64,000 bases of DNA from Vitrella brassicaformis CCMP3155 (Eukaryota; Protista; Chromerida): contig CDMY01001036.1 of NCBI GenBank assembly GCA_001179505.1, forward strand, positions 1 through 64,000, given 5' to 3'. A model generated the notes under the pieces. The model worked only from the letters and a program-made list of their open reading frames with translations. It did not search any database and was not told where the DNA came from. This document shows positions 21,146 to 33,254 of the stretch, piece by piece (position 1 is the stretch's first letter; every line of letters starts with the position of its first letter). The translations under genes were made by a program, and so were the position numbers.

Positions 21146-23870
21146 TTATCCTGCCTTGGCGCTGAGGTCGGCATGGCGCCTGCAGCGACACAAGGCGCAA
21201 GAGTGCCGAAGAAAGTGTGTCTCGTCTCGCCAAGCGTACGTACCATGAACAGGTGGTGCAGCGGGGCAGACAATGCACGGCTGAGGAGTCGGTGATGTGG
21301 GGAGGCTCGTTGTTCCCAAAGCGACCGTCTCGTCTCTGTTCTCCGGCTGCTCGGGCGGCCAGTGTCTCGTCAAATATCGCGGGCTGGTGAATCTCCCTTT
21401 CTTGTGCAGCATGGAGCCAAGACGGCTGCCGATGACGGTGCTCTCGTACCTCGGCAGCCGTGAAATGTCACCGTCCGCCCATATGTCAAACACTTTCATG
21501 CGCTCACTTTGGACGTCAGTCCAGTACCAGCCTCGCGATTCCTTCAGTGACTCCCCGTCGCTCTCCGTCGTCGTGCGCTCCTCGATCCCTCTAATGCCTC
21601 TCTGCTGGCTGACGGCCTTCGTGGGGCTTGACGGCGGTGTCGGCCTCTTGATAGCGTCGCCCTTGTCACTCGTTTGGATGGCCTCCTTGGGTGACCCAGG
21701 TCCTCTAGAGGGAGGGGCAGGGGACGAGATTCCGCTCAATGGATGGACAGGTGAATCCCCCGTGTGATCCGTCTCAGTATCCTCCCTGCAGCTGCCGGCG
21801 GCTTTTTTGCACCAAGGGGGCGAAAGAGCCGAGGGGTGGGGTGTGGATGGGGCGCCAGGCCTTTCCAATGCGTCGCAGAGCGCCCTAACGGCATTGCATA
21901 GGGCGGTCACTCTCATCTGGTAGTCTGCATGATCGACGCTCGCGGCTGCAGCGACACGAGGCGCAGTAAGGGCGTCCCGTGGGCTGATGTCGTCATGTTC
22001 TGTGCCATAAGAGTACGTCTCAGCCGCCTCCCGTTGCTGCGCATCGCCATCTTGCCCATCATACGGTGGTGGGTCTGCACAAGGTCTTGTCCGGTGCCTC
22101 AGGAGGGCCTGCTTCAGCGCTGAGGTGTCGAAATCCTCACATCGCAACACCGATCGCATCTCCATGTTGTCGGTCTGTCGTGTCCTCGCCTGTGGAGAGT
22201 CCCCCCAGCCGAACCGTGGCAGTGACGCATCAACAGCGGAAAGGGGAGACGGCCGACCGCGGAATGTGAAGACAGGACTGTCCGTGCGGGACTTTGCATT
22301 GAGCGTGGGGCTCGCTGTTGCTTCGTTGGAGGGCCGTGCAGCAGACTGAGTTGCCAACCTCGCCTTGGTTGCTGGTGTGCGGGCGGTATGATCCGCTCTC
22401 GATGACAGAGTGGTCTTGTTGAGCCTCTTGAGCCGTCTGTTGAGCCGGTCGACAGCAGTGAGTGTCGCAGCCAGCTTGCGAGCCTCAGAAGGGAACACTT
22501 GCTCAGTGAAGCTCTTGCACATCCGCATCGTGTCTCCCAGGATTTTGGCCCGAAGGCTCTTGGCTTCCCTCAGGACGCCCTTGGGAGCTGGTGCCCTCAG
22601 ATACTGACCGCTACTTCTGACGGAGGCGGCTGCTGTTGCACTGTTGGGCCGGATAGTGCTGGCTGTGGACTTTGTCCTGGTCGGCTTCGCCCTTCGTGCC
22701 ACATTGGCTTTGGTCGATGGTAGGCTTGTACGGGACGGCGCAGAAGGCACTGGCACCTGTCCACAGCGACAAAAGGATGCAAAGCGAAGGCCCTCCTTTG
22801 GCAGAGTTCATTTACCTGAGAGAAGAGCGATGCCTTGAGAGGCTCCGCACGATACGGCGGCACCAGCAGCGACGGCATCTTGTACTCTGGAAAGTTCCAC
22901 ATGGACAAGCTGCTCAGCCTCTCAAAGAAGCGATCCTCATCAACAGAACTCATTGGCAGGACGGCAGAAGATGCTGGCACCTCATTGTCTGTCTTGGCTC
23001 CACCCATGACGTCCTCCGGGCTTGAGGGCCGCGACTCAGCAGCCAAACCCATCGGCACCGGCTCTGGAACATTGGTGTCGCCCTTCTTCACCTTGCCCTT
23101 CCTTCTCGCGCCTGCCGAGGCTGACGACGATGGCAAAGGCAGCTTCTTCAGAGCTGCGCCGGCGGGTGGCCTCTGCTGATCGGAGGCAAGTCCTCTGGCG
23201 GTGGGCGCCGATGACCGGCTCCTCCTTCGCATAAGCGTTTCGGGCTCAGTCGTGTCCCCTTTTCTCTCGGTGCTGGCAGTCGATCTGTCGGCAATGGACG
23301 GCCCTGCTGCAGCCGACGTGGGATCCTTCCTTTCAGCCTGTTGTTCCACGGCAAGTGGGCCCGTCGGTGAAGGGAGGAGATCTAGAAGGAGGGGAACAGG
23401 TAGCCTGAGCTGAGAAACTGGTGGGGGCTTCCCAGCTGGTCCACTGACGTCTGCTGTCGACGTCACTCGATGAGGCGGAGCAGAGGGAGACCGGCGGACA
23501 TGCAAACTGAAATCGGGAGAGAGAGAGCCATTGCAGTTGGGTGAAGGGCCTTGTGGCACCCTCACCTTTTGATCGTTGGTTGCGCTGGGGCACCGGGATG
23601 CGGCGGTGGTCTTCGGCCCTTCCTCATTCCTCTGAGACGCGGTGAGACAAACTCCCGGCCCCGACGGGCCTTGCCTTTGCAGATGCGTCGCTAAGTCTAT
23701 ACCAAGCGCCGGCCGTACAAATGAATGCCCGAGGGAAGAAGAAGGAGAGCAAAACTGACGGATCGCTAGTTTAGCTCGCAAGCTTTCCACCGCTGCTGCC
23801 GACGCCAGAGGGGCAGTCAGCGATGGGCAAAGCGAAGAAGAAGAAGGCCAAGACGCACAGGGTGTCCCCA
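21146..23870 (-). CDS. Large low-complexity (Ser/Pro/Ala/Arg-rich) hypothetical protein; start unresolved
   Basis: Two long ORFs (22597-24048 and 21146-22756) are joinable through an intron (SQ|gtaaat...cag|VPVP). No domain recognised. Confidence 0.5.
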
Positions 23871-24466
23871 TACGGCGAAGCTGGAGAGATGAGAGACGAG
23901 GACGACGATATAGTGGTGCGCCTGGACAGGCACTGTCATTCGCACAACACGCCAGCTCTTCCCCCCTGTGTCTGGATGGATGGATGAATGCAGATGTGTG
24001 GTGGCGACACACCCGACGCCACAAACATACGCGGCAAGAAAGAGGCAAGCAGCAGGAAAACCGACAACAGCGTCGCCACCAACCAGCAGGACGCGACGCC
24101 TTCCAAGGAGCCCGACGAGGAACCAGAGAAGAGCGCCAGCCGACGCTCAGTCATCCAGGTGAGAACCACTGGCACCGCCTGGAAACGGTCTCTCAGTCGT
24201 GGATGGCATCTTGTCTGTGTGTGCAGCGTCAGCATCAGGAGTGGAAGGCCATGAAGTCTCAGGTGGCCAAGCTCAAGAAGGAGAAGAAGAAGCTGCGCAA
24301 GCGCGTGGCCAGCGAGAGGGAGCGGAAGAAGACCATCAATAAGAAGATCAAGGAGCTGCTTCAGACGACACGGAAGCGGCATGACAGGGAGCTGGCGGCC
24401 ATGGGTTTGGGACCAGCCAGCCACCCAGAAGAGGACGATGAGCGCATGATGGACGATGACGACTGA
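23823..24466 (+). CDS. Small Lys-rich coiled-coil protein, 3 exons
   Basis: MGKAKKKKAKTHRVSPY..., then an exon ending SVIQ|gtgag, then RQHQEWKAMKSQVAKLKKEKKKL...RKRHDRELAAMG...DDDD*. Confidence 0.65.
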
Positions 24467-24703
24467 CTGATGGGGGCCAAAGGGCAGGAGGATAGCAGGG
24501 TTGTGCAGAGCGGTTGTGGTGTGTCTGTGGTGGGTGAATAAACATCGGACCGATGTGCGTGCTGTGCTGTATCATTTAATGGCATTGCATTGAGAGCGGC
24601 AAATATGTCTGTCTGCTGGTCCGCTTCACTGACATCTCACTCCAGCACAAATTATCAACCAACAGTCATCATCCCACTGGCCACACATCGATGAACCCGT
24701 GTG

Positions 24704-26128
24704 TCAACCCATCTCCCTGGGCCGCCACCTCTTGCCCTTTTCCATCCACTTGCGTGTGTGTGTTTCATCGTCTTCCACCTCGCTCTCCCCCTCCCACCCT
24801 CCCTCCTCCCTCTCAGGCATCTCCTTGAGCTTCCCTCGCTTAAACGCGTCACTCAGCCTCTGCGTGTGGGGCCACAGGTCGGTCGTGCTGTAGTGCACGA
24901 CGTGATGGAACTGCTTCTGAAGGGGCAGGGAGACGCCGTCGGATGCCTCGCCGCTGAAGAGCTCCTCTACAGGCGTCAGCTCGGTGGGCGGCAGCTCGAG
25001 CATCTCGGTGTCGTGATCGATCGACCAGGGAGCCATGATATAGTAGATGCCTCTCTTCAACGACTCCTCTGGTGCGACGGGCAAGGATGAGAATGAGTGT
25101 CACATGCGCTGCGTCGTGTGTGTACCTCCTGTGGCGGCCTTCTTCAGCGTGCCTTTCGCCTTGGCCAGGTGGGGAGCAGACAGGGCAACAAAGTGGGACA
25201 GTGCACACACTGACCGGCCCACGATGACATCGAAACGGGCCCGCTCGTCCAGCTTCTCTATTGACACATTGGTCACCGTGACGTTGGCCAGCCCTGCAGC
25301 ACACACTACACGATAGTGACTGCCTGCCTATGCGTCTTCTCCTCCATCCTTCTTACGCAGGGGATGTATGACTTTGTTGAGCACTTGGGATGCGAAGAGT
25401 GAGGCGTCGATGCAGTGCACTCGAAGCTCAGGATACACTATGGCCAGCGGTATGCCTGGGAAGCCACAGCCACTACCTGCAAACAGCACCCCGGCCATCC
25501 AGGCAGTCAGGCAGACAGGACAGCACGCCAGGACGCCAGGACGCCTTCATCTCACCTACGTCCAATAGAGTGACGGGCGGCTTCCTGCCCACAAACTGCT
25601 GCAAGTTCATGGCTCGTGTCAGGGCCAGCGACAGCAGCAGATGCCGTGTTTCGAGCCTCCTGAGGTCAGCCGGACTCATAGACGGCTTGCCCTGCTCCTT
25701 CAGCTGCGCATTCACCTCCCGCACTCGGCTGCAGAAGAGCTCCAGACGCGGCCAATCCCAGCTGTAGCTCTCACCAACTGACAACAGACAGACAGACACA
25801 GGTCCACTGGTTGTGACAGTGAGGTGTGCGACGTTTCTGCCTCTGTCTGTGGCTCACAGAAGTGACGCACGAAGTCCAGGTGTCGTCTGCTGCTCTCCAG
25901 CGCGTCTGTTGAGGCAACATCCCTTCTCCGCTGCCGTGCTGTCACTGTCTGCCGGAGCCTCTGTCGCCACTCATCGGCATCGACACTGGATCTTGCTGCG
26001 GTGTCGGAGCTGTCAGACGAGCTTGAGGCAGCGAAGCCGCGGCAGCTTGACAGTCGAATGAGGGGATGAGGGATGGCGCCTAGAGATAGAGGCGCCTGGG
26101 CGGGACGAGCACGACGGAGCAATGGCAT
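24704..26128 (-). CDS. rsmG: RsmG/GidB-like 16S rRNA m7G methyltransferase with putative mitochondrial presequence
   Basis: TRHLLLSL, LLDVG|SGCGFPGIPLAIVYP, LANVTV...IE...FDVIVGRSV. The N-terminus MPLLRRARP...RLSSCRGFAASSSS is presequence-like. Five exons. Confidence 0.75.
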
Positions 26129-26613
26129 TCAGGACGACGGCGCATCGGTAACAGAACAAGACGAACAAGCGTTGCTTTCGATAGATCTGCAGATGCGCAT
26201 GGCGCTGCAGTTATCCCTGGGAAGAGCCCCGCGGATGCATACTCCGACAACGTCCATGGCTGCACTCCACAGACCCAGGTGCACTCAATGTATACGGCTC
26301 TATCTCGTTTGTTATGAGCGTGTGTGATGCGTCCCATACCTCCAACGCGCTCCTGAATCGCTCTTTTCTCTTCTTCAATCCTTCGAACGTCTGAGCTCGC
26401 AGCAGATCTCTCTGAGGGCTGCGTGGTCCGTGTATTTGCAACTAGATGCAGACATAGATCTCTCATCGCCTGTGAGTTGTTGGCAGCGATCTCTCTCCTC
26501 CCCTCCCGGTGGCTCTCCACTCGGTTCAACATGACCGCGGCACACTCACTGCCATCGCACGGCCGCGGCCACCGAAGGCTGCCCGCCACTGGATCTGAAC
26601 TCGTCCAATCCCT

Positions 26614-27069
26614 ATGGACAACTTGATGAAGCCGCGTGCTGAGCCAGAAGAGGAAGCTGAGCCGTCAAACCACGAAAAAGTGGATATCCCTCACAAGTTC
26701 ATGACGATGAGCAGCCTGTGGAAGAAGGGCGAGAGCTTCAACTGGCTGTTCTTTCCGACTCGAGTGGGCCTTTTTGGGCCGCCAGACAGCATCCTTCACC
26801 TGCGGCAGAAGGTAGCTCACGGACGCGCACACGCGCACAGGTCACAGGATGCGTACTGTACGTGTGCCTGGCTGCAGCTACTGGCATCTCTCCAGGAGAG
26901 CTTCCCATGGCTTCGCCTCAGCGTTGAGGACCTGATGGTCGATGTGACGAGCGTGGCCGAGTACAATGAGAGGGGAAACGCACCAGACAACCGCATCACC
27001 GTCACGTCGCTCATACGTGGGTGCATCAGGCACAGAGGGAGGGAGGGAGTGGCTGGTCAGTCAAGTGAT

Positions 27070-27104
<35 letters not shown>

Positions 27105-27358
27105 CTGTGTCTGTGTCTGTGTGTGTAGAAGCACCCACAATCGTGGACATCAGAACAGGTGGCCGTTTTGTGTACACAGAGGCATGTTCATGTTCGTCTA
27201 CGGCCTGTTTGTCTGTCTACGGCTGTGTGTGTGCAGAGCGCCTCAGTGCCTCAGTGTCCTCGGCTGTGAGGGATGAAACTGAAGAACACCGACGGCTCGA
27301 TTCAGCCGGAAGGATAGCTCGTGTGCCGAGGAATGGAATGAGCATGGCAGGAGAATGA
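26614..27358 (+). CDS. Hypothetical protein, about 4 exons
   Basis: MDNLMKPRAE...FNWLFFPTRVGLFGPPDSILHLRQK|LLASLQESFPWLRLSVEDLMVDV...; the 3' exon phase is ambiguous. Confidence 0.55.
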
Positions 27359-29472
27359 AGGCCAGTAGTACTGGCGGCGTGTCTTGTCTTCCGTGTGTAA
27401 ATAAGGAGGCATGCGTTTCCTATGTTGATTTCTGTGGCTCTAGAGGGGAGTCGGTGACTTTCGTGGACTCATGATCTAGTGTCTTTGTCTTGGTCCGGAA
27501 GTTAGTTTATTCTGAGAGCATATGATGGATGCCAAGACCAACCACTCAGTCATCAATCAAACATGCCAACCCAGCTGTCTGTCTAGAGAGACATCGTATC
27601 TATCGGCACCCCGCCCTCAATCCATCTATCTATGGATCCGTCCGATCCATGCAGGTAGGCAGGCAGGGGCCAGAGGCTCAGCAGGCATGAGACATCAAAC
27701 GTAGCAGCTATGCTGCTCCCTCACACAGCCAGTTATGCGAACGCTCAAATACACATCGAGAGATCAAACACAAATACAAAAAGAGAGGACACAGTTGACC
27801 AAGAAAACAGATCGGACAGATATGGAGGGGGCGAAGTCTGCCTGGGAGCCACGAGACATTCATGCAGCCCGCAAGCCAGACGTCGGTCAACACAACGATC
27901 CATGCAAAGCTGTAACAGCAGCAAACAGGCAGGCTGTCTTGAATCCATCCATTGTACGATCGATACATACGTTCACGTAGCCGTACGGTGATATGATTCA
28001 AAGCAGCCAGCAAGACTCTCAGCACCCGATGGGGCCAAGAAAAGTGACACGCACACACACACGGGGAGAGAGAGAGAAGAAGATAATGGCTGTATTGGCA
28101 GGTGCAGACAAACATACGGTTCCACAAAGCATGCAGCCAAGGCAGAGGTCGGAAATGAAGCAAGGCAGGACTCAATCAACCATAGGTTCGTGCATGAGTA
28201 TATATGTCCACATGCACAGACACCGACAGACAAAGATCCCTAGCACGGACGAGCCACCGATGCCAACATGACACGCCACGCCCGCTCGCAAACCCATCCA
28301 CCACCCACTCGCCGCACATTTCACATTCACGCAGCCCCCGAGCAATGGCTGTCAGTGCGTCTCAACTTACTGGCTGGCACATCCCACCTTCACGCGGCGA
28401 CCACAGCTTAAAGGCTGTCTGTCGGCTACACACGCGCCCGTGAGGCCGATTCATCAGCCAGCCGCACGGCCCATCCATCAGAGTTCACGCCTGCACCAAA
28501 GGATGGTGAGATGCGCGCCCCCTGACGGCAGACTCATGCACAGACAACACCGCAGCAAAACCCTTGCCCAGAACAACCACACATACATGCGGTAGTCAGT
28601 CGTGGAGAAGAGAAGCCAGCCACGAAGGAAGAAATGAGACATTCATTCACGTCCACTCCACGGCCAGAAACTCGTGTCTCAATCAGTCAGTGTGCCTGGC
28701 TGTACTGACGGTGAGAGGCCCTGCTCACTGTGAGCAGAGGCCTCTGTCAATTCGATATTCATGCACGTGTACGCAAACAAGGAAAAAGATCCCATACACA
28801 GAGACGATCGGGAGAAGATTCGGAGAGCCTAAGCCGGATGGAAAGGGGTTCATTCGCAGCCAGCTATTCCCTCACCCACCCACCTACGCACCCACCCCTC
28901 CCACATTCCCCTCGGAGCGAAGAGCAAGCGAAAGACGTGCCCAAAACGGAAGGAGCACGTTGCAAATTCCATGAGGCCCTAACCACCCACATCAGGCACG
29001 ATGCCGTGCATATACACATGTGTGCACTTTGTGTGTGCAGTGGACCCACGATTGATTGACCATGCCAGAGAGGGAAGGAGACAGAGGGGGGGGGGTGTGT
29101 ACGGACGAGAAGAACTTCTAGATGTAGCAAGACACGATTGACCAAAGAGACAGAGCCTAGCGACGAAGACGAGCCTAACACGGAGTGAGAGGGGTTCATT
29201 CGCAGCCAGCTTTTCACTCACTCACTCACACACCCACACACCCGACAAAGCAGGAAGGAGTCAAGCACTCAGTCGGCCAGTCAGTCAGCCAGAAGATATA
29301 TCACACCCAGTGATAGGTGCAGTGCACCATACCAGCCAAGCCAACCAGAGAGGGACGCACTCGTGAAGGAAGAGGACAGCCCTACATGCACACAGTGAGA
29401 AGGGGACATACACAGAGAGATTTATGATAGGCGCCCATCAAGTTTGGTGCACAAAGAGACATCCACTCCCAC

Positions 29473-30987
29473 CTATGATGTTGCTGTGAGGGAGTCGGAG
29501 CTGCCGCTTGCTGCAGTCGTGTTTGTCTGCTGGTGCTGGAGCTGCGCACATTCATTCACACACACATCACTACACACACACATGACCACACGCATAGCCA
29601 CCTACCGGCGTCGACGGCTTGTTGTTGTCTCGAATGGTTATGGAAATTGACATCTCCCCCTACACAAATACGTGGGAGAGACATATGTATGTGTAAATGA
29701 CTATGTATATGCCTTTCTGTCTATCTCTGTGTCTGTCTGTCTGTTTGTCTGCTCGCTCCCGTACCTTGGCTGTGTTCTGGGTCGCCGAAGCGGTGATGAT
29801 GTTGTCGAGGCCGACTCGCTCGGCCACCGTCGCGACAACTGCGGCCTGCATATTGGAAGGAATGGTTGCAGGATGCCATCGAACGAGCGAATGAATGGTG
29901 TTTTAGTCGTGCTATGTCGATCTGTGCAAGCGTGTATACCAGGTTCTCTTTGGGTGTGAGGTCTATGTCAGTGATGACCTTCTGCAGTTCCTCAAACCAC
30001 TCCAAGGCCTTGGCAGGCCACTGTAGAGAGACAAACAGACGGGCAGGAGGGAGAGAGACAGACAGACAATGAGACAGACAGACAGGCAGTTGGAAATACA
30101 GAAGAATGTGCATGGGCGCTGGCTCTGTGTTTCAATGCTTACGTGATAGCCCCAAGAGGTCTGCAGAGTCTTGAGACGGAACACGGCTGCCTGCAAAAGG
30201 AAACACACACAGAGAGAAGAAGGACAATACATGGACGTGTCTGAGCTTGTCGATATGTATCCGTGCACATAGACAGACAGACAAACAGACCGACAGACAG
30301 TCACGTATACACCCACCAGCTGCTCCTTAATCTGTGTGTAGATCTTGAAGGCTTCCAACATGTCTCCACCCTTACAGGCCGTCTTGAACTGCGACAAATC
30401 GTCCATCCAGAGACATACACATACATCACAACAATCATGAGATCGGATTCATGAAAGTAGCCTTCGCTCCCTCCTCCCCCNNNNNNNNNNNNNNNNNNNN
30501 NNNNNNNNNNNNNNNNNNNNNNNNNNNNNNNNNNNNNNNNNNNNNNNNNNNNNNNNNNNNNNNNNNNNNNNNNNNNNNNNNNNNNNNNNNNNNNNNNNNN
30601 NNNNNNNNNNNNNNNNNNNNNNNNNNNNNNNNNNNNNNNNNNNNNNNNNNNNNNNNNNNNNNNNNNNNNNNNNNNNNNNNNNNNNNNNNNNNNNNNNNNN
30701 NNNNNNNNNNNNNNNNNNNNNNNNNNNNNNNNNNNNNNNNNNNNNNNNNNNNNNNNNNNNNNNNNNNNNNNNNNNNNNNNCCTCCCGCCTTCCTCCCCCC
30801 CGCCCTCCGATCTCCTTACCTCAATCACCAGCGTCTCCAGCTGGCGAAGGGTCTTTCGTCGTGCTCGGGCGGCATGTCGGTGGGAATAACCGTTGAGTGT
30901 CTTCGGCTTTGAAGGAATGGCGGCTCCCGCCAAGAGGCCAAACGACCCGAACACATAGATCCCCAGCATAAGCTCGGGCAGCACCAT
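29473..30987 (-). CDS. Hypothetical protein with N-terminal hydrophobic helix; first intron spans the N gap
   Basis: MVLPELMLGIYVFGSFGLLAGAAIP...LVIE|FKTACKGG...KEQL|AAVFRL...GYH|WPAKALEW...ENL|AAVVAT...TAK|GEMSIS...STP|LQHQ...ATS*; all joins are phase 0. Exons hidden in the gap cannot be excluded. Confidence 0.55.
30481..30780. other. Assembly gap (300 N)
   Basis: Run of n, flanked by purine/pyrimidine-skewed low-complexity sequence. Confidence 0.99.
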
Positions 30988-31052
30988 CTTTTCGATTCTG
31001 GGGGTGCTGGATGCCAGACGGAGGAGGGATAGCCGAGTGGCTGAGCAGGGGC

Positions 31053-31122
31053 GGGCGGACTCCTCGCAGCAGCAAGGGGGGGACGAAGGGCGGACTCTTC
31101 GCAGCAGCAAGGGGGGGACGAA
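31053..31122. repeat. 35-bp tandem repeat, 2 copies with one mismatch, G-rich
   Basis: gggcggactc(c/t)tcgcagcagcaagggggggacgaa at 31053-31087 and 31088-31122. Confidence 0.9.
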
Positions 31123-31414
31123 GGGGTGTCGAGGAAAAGCCTTGCGAGCAAGGGGCGACGAGTTGCGGTGATGAAAGCCGGTAGAATTCCGAGTTCCGAA
31201 GGAAGAATTCGAATGGGGGCACACAGTGGTATGGGGCCCAAAGACTCGTGTGCAATCGTCTGTGAACGACGAACATGAAGCATTAAAAGTCGTTGTCCAT
31301 CCATCCACGGATGCCACCAACACGAGGTGGCACATCTGTCCTGCATGTCCATCTATCTTAATTCATCAAACAGGCGCACAGGCTACGTACCCATCTGGCT
31401 GGCTGGCTGGCTGG

Positions 31415-33030
31415 CTACATGAACTGCTGCCCGCCCATCTGATGCTGGTGCTGCTGGTGCATGCCGCCCCCGCCCATCATGCCGCCACCTGGCCCCATCA
31501 TGCCGCCCATCTGCGGGGGCTGTTGGTGCATCATCCCACCCATGGCCCCTCCCGGCTGCTGCTGCTGCTGTGGCATGCCCATACCCATCCCGGGCTGGCC
31601 ATGCTGTTGCTGCTGCTGCTGCTGGGTGTGTGGTGGCGGCATCCCCACGCCCATGCCCATGCCCGGCTGGCCAACCGGCTGCTGCTGCTGCTGCTGCTGC
31701 GGAGGGGGTGGGGATTGCTGCTGCTGCTGCATACCCATCCCGCCTCCCATGGCGTCCATGGCCCCTGCCTGCTGTTGCTGCTGTGGCTGTGCGGTGTGTT
31801 GTGTGTCGCTGAGGTTGGTGATCAACTCCCACTTGCCCTCGAGGTTCTCCTTGTAGAGCAGCACCTGGTTGTCGCCGCAAGCCACTGCCAGGACGCTGCC
31901 GGTGACGGACCAGTCGACGCGCCACACGGGGCCGTCCAGCTGGATCACCTGCGCCTTCTTCCATGGCTGACCCTCCATCTCCATCTCCTTTAACAACACA
32001 CGGGCAGAAACGGCAGCGTGATTCATTGATTCTTTGTGTGTGTGGGCGTGTGAGCATGTGTCACCTGCGTCCATATGATGACGGTCTTGTCCTCTGAGCA
32101 TGAGGCGATGGTGCTGCTGGGGACCCCCACGTTGGGCCGCCATGCCACGTCCCTGATGACGTCAGTGTGGCCGTTGTTGGCGTCGATGCCCGCACGCTCA
32201 ACCCACTTCTGGGACCGGTCTTCATACTGCCACAACTTCACCTAAACACACACACGAACACACACACACAAATGACACCTCCACAGTGCACCCACACCAA
32301 TGGTCTCCCTTCCCTCTCTGTCCGTCCATTCACCTGGTTGTCAGATCCGCCACTGACGATCCTCATGGGTCCGAGAGAAGGCCCCTGTGTGGCTGGGCCG
32401 CTGGCCAGCACCACGGGCGTGGCTGCCGGAGCCCACGACACGGCATTCACACCGTTGGCGTGGGCGTGGAACTCGGTGCGCAGCCACTGCTGGTCGGCGG
32501 TGCTGTGGTGCAAAATAGCGATCTTGCCGTCAGACGATGCTGCATTGCAACACACACGGAGAGGAGGGAGGAAACACACCTATCATCAGATTTTCCTCTC
32601 TCTGTCAGTCAGTGCAGTGGTAGTTACCTGAAGCCAGATACGGCCCGTACTCCCACGGCGCCCAGGCCACCCCGTTGACGGACGCCCCGTGGTCTTCGCT
32701 CTTGTAGACCATCTGCCAGTTCTCGCCCTGCCCTCCGTGTGCCCCTCCCCCGTGGCCCATGCTCATCTCCTTCCACACGATCACCCTCTTGTCGTAGCCG
32801 CACGACGCCAGGCAGTTGCCGAACTTGGGGTGCGACCAGGTCACCTGCCACACGGGGCCCTCGTGGCCCTTGAGCTCCGCCAAGAAAGACGGACTCTCCG
32901 TCGACACGTCCCAGATCCGGATGGCCTGGTCCGCCGACGCAGTCGCCAGCCGCTTGCCGTAGTAGTCAAGCTGCGCATCGTGGATCGGACCGCTGTGCGC
33001 CGTGTCGAAAGAGGCTATCGTCTGCGCCAT
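31415..33030 (-). CDS. SEC13: COPII/nuclear pore WD40 protein SEC13 with Q/G/M/P-rich C-terminal extension
   Basis: [122 protein letters not shown]. Four exons. Confidence 0.95.
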
Positions 33031-33197
33031 CCTCTCTCACCCTGAGGCCGCCGCCAGACCCACGTGTCAGAGGTGCGTGGAGAAATAGAAGATCTCGCTG
33101 TTCGTGAAGCGCCCTGCCTGCTCTCGTATAGGCGATGGCTCAGTGGCAGCTCACAGGTAGGCGACGTTGACCATGAGAAAAGCTGACGAGGGGTGAC

Positions 33198-33210
33198 AGG
33201 GTTAGGGTTT
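33198..33210. promoter_or_regulatory. Telo-box-like motif (AGGGTTAGGGTTT) in the divergent SEC13/BTB intergenic region
   Basis: Sequence seen directly; regulatory role inferred from plant telo-boxes. Confidence 0.4.
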
Positions 33211-33254
33211 CAGCGATTTACCGAGGAAATCGCATCCTTCGCAAAAACCACAAA

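Noticed and set aside
24613-24648. Y-RNA-like hairpin (tgctggtccg...ccagca) as a possible partner of the TROVE-like genes
   Set aside because: Only a 6-bp stem, no conserved Y RNA 3' strand or oligo-U terminator, and far from the DUF2828 genes.
17466-26128. fabG and rsmG as bacterial contamination or recent horizontal transfer
   Set aside because: Both have several spliceosomal introns with host-type microsatellites and organelle-targeting leaders, which fits endosymbiotic origin.
30301-31352. Long ORFs spanning 30301-31335 and 30451-30912
   Set aside because: Artefacts of translating through the 300-N gap.
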